Below, one piece after another: positions 31,840 to 34,935 of a DNA stretch of 34,935 bases. The DNA lies in the NCBI GenBank assembly GCA_002841905.1, contig PHBF01000002.1, positions 1-34,935 of the forward strand, in the 5' to 3' direction. This DNA comes from Deltaproteobacteria bacterium HGW-Deltaproteobacteria-17 (lineage in GTDB: Bacteria > Myxococcota_A > Polyangia > HGW-17). A model generated the notes under the pieces. The model saw only the letters and a list, made by a program, of their open reading frames with translations. It did not search any database and was not told where the DNA came from. The first letter of the stretch is position 1; each line of letters begins with the position of its first letter. The position numbers and the translations under genes are program-made.

Positions 31840-32540
31840 CTGAGCAACCCTTGCTCCGCCTGCGCGGCGTCACCAAGACCTACGGAGCCGGTCCGGCGTC
31901 CTTCCTGGCCCTCAAGGGCATCGACCTGGACATCGAGCAGGGCGAGTTCGTCGCGGTCATGGGCCCCAGCGGGTCGGGCAAATCCACCATGATGAACATC
32001 CTGGGTTGCCTGGACACGCCCAGCACGGGCAGTTACACGTTCCAGGGGGTGCACGTGGAGACCCTCACACGGGACCAGCGTGCCCTGCTGCGCAGATACC
32101 AACTGGGCTTCGTGTTTCAGGGCTTCAATCTGCTGTCGAGGACCACGGCGCTGGAAAACGTTGAGCTGCCGCTGATATACCGCCACGAGCCCAAGGCCCG
32201 ACGCCGGATCGCGGCGTTGGAGGCGCTGGAGAAGGTGGGGCTGCACGGCTGGGAGAATCATACGCCGGCTGAACTGTCCGGAGGCCAGCAGCAGCGGGTG
32301 GCCATTGCCCGCGCGATCGTGTCCAAACCTTCTGTGCTGCTGGCCGACGAGCCCACGGGGAACCTCGATTCGAAAACCAGTCGTGAGATCATGGAGTTGA
32401 TCACCGGCATCAATCGGCAGTCGATCACGGTGCTCATGGTGTCTCACGAACCTGACATGGCCGCCTACGCCGGGCGGATCATTCATTTCGTCGACGGCTG
32501 TGTGGACAGTGACGTCCTGAACCCGGAGGCGCCCCGATGA
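31836..32540 (+). CDS. ABC transporter ATP-binding protein (MacB/LolD type)
   Basis: Walker [10 protein letters not shown], signature [14 protein letters not shown], Walker [16 protein letters not shown] overlap with the adaptor gene. Confidence 0.95.
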   Translation: MTEQPLLRLRGVTKTYGAGPASFLALKGIDLDIEQGEFVAVMGPSGSGKSTMMNILGCLDTPSTGSYTFQGVHVETLTRDQRALLRRYQLGFVFQGFNLLSRTTALENVELPLIYRHEPKARRRIAALEALEKVGLHGWENHTPAELSGGQQQRVAIARAIVSKPSVLLADEPTGNLDSKTSREIMELITGINRQSITVLMVSHEPDMAAYAGRIIHFVDGCVDSDVLNPEAPR

Positions 32541-33739
32541 TCTGGAACACCCTGCTGCTTTCCCTTCGCGCGATTCTGCGCAACCTGATGCGCTCGTTTC
32601 TGACCATCCTCGGGATCGTCATCGGCGTGGCCGCCGTCATCACCATGGTCACGTTGGGCAACGGCGCGACCCGGGCTGTCTCGGACCAGATCGCCAGCAT
32701 GGGCGCCAACCAGCTCATGGTGGTCCCCGGACAGATGATGGGCCCTGGTTCCGAGGGCGCCCAGAGCTTCAAGATCGCCGACGTCAACGCCATCCGGTCC
32801 CAGATCACGTCGGCACGGGCCGTGGCCCCGGTCGTGAACAAGTCTGAGACCGTGATCTTTCAGGCGCGTAACTGGTCGACGTCGATCGTCGGCACGAGCA
32901 ACGACTACTTTTTGGTGGGCGGATGGACGCTGGCTGGCGGACGGACGTTTTCCGAGCTCGAGGAGCGTGCGGGCCGGGCCGTGTGCGTCATCGGGGAGAC
33001 GGTGCGGGAGAAATTGTTCCAGCGTGAGAACCCCGTGGGAGGGGAGATTCGCATCCGGACGTTCTCCTGCCAGGTCATCGGCCTGCTCAAGGCCAAGGGC
33101 CAGGCAGCCATGGGGCAGGATCAGGATGACACGGTCATCATGCCTTTGCGCACCGTTCAGCGACGCATCACGGGTACGAAGGACATCAAGCGCATCGTGG
33201 TTTCGATCAAGGACGGCGCCTCCATTGATTCGGCGAAGAGCCGGCTCGTCCAGTTGCTGCGGGAGCGGCGCAGGCTCGGCCCCAGCGAGGATGACGACTT
33301 CCGCGTCATGGACACGCGCCAGCTCGCCGAGACCGTCACGGGAACCACAAAAATCCTCACCATGCTGCTGGGTGCCGTGGCGGCCGTGAGTCTTCTCGTG
33401 GGGGGCATCGGCATCATGAACATCATGCTGGTGTCCGTGACCGAACGGACCCGCGAGATTGGGACGCGGCTGGCCATCGGCGCACTGGAAAACGAGGTTT
33501 TACTGCAGTTTCTCATCGAGGCGGTCATGCTCTCGGGCTTGGGAGGGCTCATCGGCATCTTGCTGGGCAACGGGGCCTCCGTCGCGCTCTCAGGCGTGAT
33601 GGGGGTCCCTTACGTCTTCGATTCGAGCATCAACTTGATGGCCTTTTTCTTTTCAGCCTTCATCGGAGTGCTGTTCGGCTTCTTCCCAGCGCGCCGGGCC
33701 GCGCGTCTCAACCCCATCGACGCTCTCCGTTACGAGTAA
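32537..33739 (+). CDS. ABC transporter permease (MacB/FtsX-like)
   Basis: 400 aa. N-terminal TM helix, periplasmic domain and C-terminal three-TM FtsX-type bundle (..GIMNIMLVSVTERTREIGTRLAIGA..). ATGA overlap with the ATPase gene. Confidence 0.9.
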   Translation: MIWNTLLLSLRAILRNLMRSFLTILGIVIGVAAVITMVTLGNGATRAVSDQIASMGANQLMVVPGQMMGPGSEGAQSFKIADVNAIRSQITSARAVAPVVNKSETVIFQARNWSTSIVGTSNDYFLVGGWTLAGGRTFSELEERAGRAVCVIGETVREKLFQRENPVGGEIRIRTFSCQVIGLLKAKGQAAMGQDQDDTVIMPLRTVQRRITGTKDIKRIVVSIKDGASIDSAKSRLVQLLRERRRLGPSEDDDFRVMDTRQLAETVTGTTKILTMLLGAVAAVSLLVGGIGIMNIMLVSVTERTREIGTRLAIGALENEVLLQFLIEAVMLSGLGGLIGILLGNGASVALSGVMGVPYVFDSSINLMAFFFSAFIGVLFGFFPARRAARLNPIDALRYE

Positions 33740-33856
33740 TTAGTTTTATATTTTCGATCCATCGTCAAAGCGCTTGGTCATCTTCGACATTCGGTGACAG
33801 TTTAATTTTTTGAAGAGAAATCGCGGGGGAATTGGCGGAGTCGTCGGGGCCCGGGC

Positions 33857-34510
33857 TCAGGCGACCCAGTTGACCAGCGCCAGCTGCGTGAACGCGAAGG
33901 TGTTGGTGAGGACGTGGGCGAGGGTGGCCGAGCGCAGATCGTGGGTGCGCCAGACGGTCCAGCCCCAGCACACGCCGAAGAAGGCGGCTCCGCCGAGCAG
34001 CGCCGGGATCCCGCCCTCGTAGCGCACACCCGGCATCAGCGCCAGCGCGAGGTGCCACGCCGTGAACGGGAGCAGGGGGAAAAGGAGGCCGAGCTTCAGG
34101 CTCCCGGGAAAGCGGGAGACGAAGGCGCCCCGCCAGAACAGTTCCTCGGTCACGCCGTTGACCAGCGCCACCCCGACGACCGCCGCCAGCACCGGAAGCG
34201 GCACGCGGGACACCGACGGGAGGAATCCGACCACCAGGGTCGCGACCACGGGCAGCCAGGTGAGGATCAGTTCGACGGGTCGACGGTGGATCGGAGTCCG
34301 GTAGAGGGCGGCCAGGGCGCTGCGGTCGCCCGCCAGGAGCGCCAGGGTCCAGCATCCGCTCCAGTACACCGCGCCCAGGGCGAGCACGGCGGCCGGGGAT
34401 GGGAGCCACCGTCCGAGCAGCGGCGCGAGGCCGATGGTGACGGCGACGAGCAGCCACGCCCCCCCAAGCAGCAGGGCGCGTCTGCCTGGGTTTTCGGCTG
34501 CTTCAGGCAT
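33857..34510 (-). CDS. CPBP (CAAX protease/bacteriocin-processing, Abi PF02517-type) intramembrane protease
   Basis: Multi-TM protein with NGVTEELFWRG and LAHVLTN motif blocks. SD GGGAGA upstream. Confidence 0.85.
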   Translation of the reverse strand: MPEAAENPGRRALLLGGAWLLVAVTIGLAPLLGRWLPSPAAVLALGAVYWSGCWTLALLAGDRSALAALYRTPIHRRPVELILTWLPVVATLVVGFLPSVSRVPLPVLAAVVGVALVNGVTEELFWRGAFVSRFPGSLKLGLLFPLLPFTAWHLALALMPGVRYEGGIPALLGGAAFFGVCWGWTVWRTHDLRSATLAHVLTNTFAFTQLALVNWVA

Positions 34511-34540
34511 GGAATCTCCCGGGACCCGTCCGTTTCAGTT

Positions 34541-34935
34541 TCATGGATTTGCCCCCCGCTGGAACTGGCACTCACCGCTGCGGCAGACCACGTCGGGCAC
34601 ATCGCTGCACAGCACCTTCGGACACCCGGAGACCCTGGGGGGAGGCGGGGCCTGAAAACCCTCCTCCTGGTCGAGCTTCTCCAGCTCCTTCTTGAACTCC
34701 GCGTCCCAGAGCTTCTTGTAGAGGGCCAGGCCGTCGGCGCCGATCAGGGAGGTGAAGGCCTCATGGACGCGGGCGGTGCCGGACTGGATGTCGGCGAAGT
34801 GATCCTTGTCGGTGATCCGGCCCTCCTTGAACTGCAGGAAGGACTCGGTCTCGTCGTCGTTCTGGCGTTGCAGGGCCTCGCCGAGCCGGGCGCGGGTGGC
34901 GTCGTCGAGGTGGCGCTCCTGCGCCAGCCGGGCCA
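34541..34935 (-). CDS. partial CDS (3' end; the start lies beyond the window) with a Pro-rich linker and a Cys-rich C-terminal tail
   Basis: Not in the ORF track because it has no start in the window. The minus frame 34933->34541 is open with high GC3: ...LYKKLWDAEFKKELEKLDQEEGFQAPPPPRVSGCPKVLCSDVPDVVCRSGECQFQRGANP. The stop is 30 nt upstream of the CPBP start. Confidence 0.6.
   Translation of the reverse strand, partial: ARLAQERHLDDATRARLGEALQRQNDDETESFLQFKEGRITDKDHFADIQSGTARVHEAFTSLIGADGLALYKKLWDAEFKKELEKLDQEEGFQAPPPPRVSGCPKVLCSDVPDVVCRSGECQFQRGANP

Overview
GC-rich bacterial chromosomal segment. The lineage cannot be fixed from the sequence; the Cys-rich-repeat secreted protein weakly resembles Myxococcota or deltaproteobacterial proteins. 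The left flank (1-9.9 kb) holds a partial hypothetical gene, ackA, a secreted Cys-rich repeat protein, a small outer-membrane beta-barrel, two tandem paralogous genes of unknown function, an orphan AbiEi-like wHTH gene and a SnoaL-like gene. The right flank (26.1-34.9 kb) holds RhuM, a secreted hypothetical, a TetR gene followed by a four-gene OMF/MacA/MacB efflux operon, a CPBP protease and a partial gene. Between about 9.9 and 26.1 kb lies a visibly AT-richer, compositionally mosaic accessory island made of conflict/defence-type genes. It contains a fused ABC-ATPase/TOPRIM (OLD- or PARIS-like) gene, an EEP nuclease, an unknown gene followed by a 42-bp x ~9.6 tandem array, and three co-oriented gene cassettes. 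The cassettes are (1) two TIR proteins, (2) membrane proteins plus a SLATT protein, and (3) three DUF1863/ThsB-type TIR-like proteins plus a multi-TM protein and a HEPN protein. Each cassette is headed by a copy of the same ~450-bp non-coding element, which carries an invariant promoter-like box and conserved hairpins. This triplicated leader-plus-cassette architecture is the main candidate for an undescribed system, because no canonical Thoeris ThsA, CBASS cyclase or other known partner is present. The island ends in a decayed DNA methyltransferase gene interrupted by an AT-rich one-gene insertion. I recognised no rRNA, tRNA, CRISPR array, transposase or integrase.
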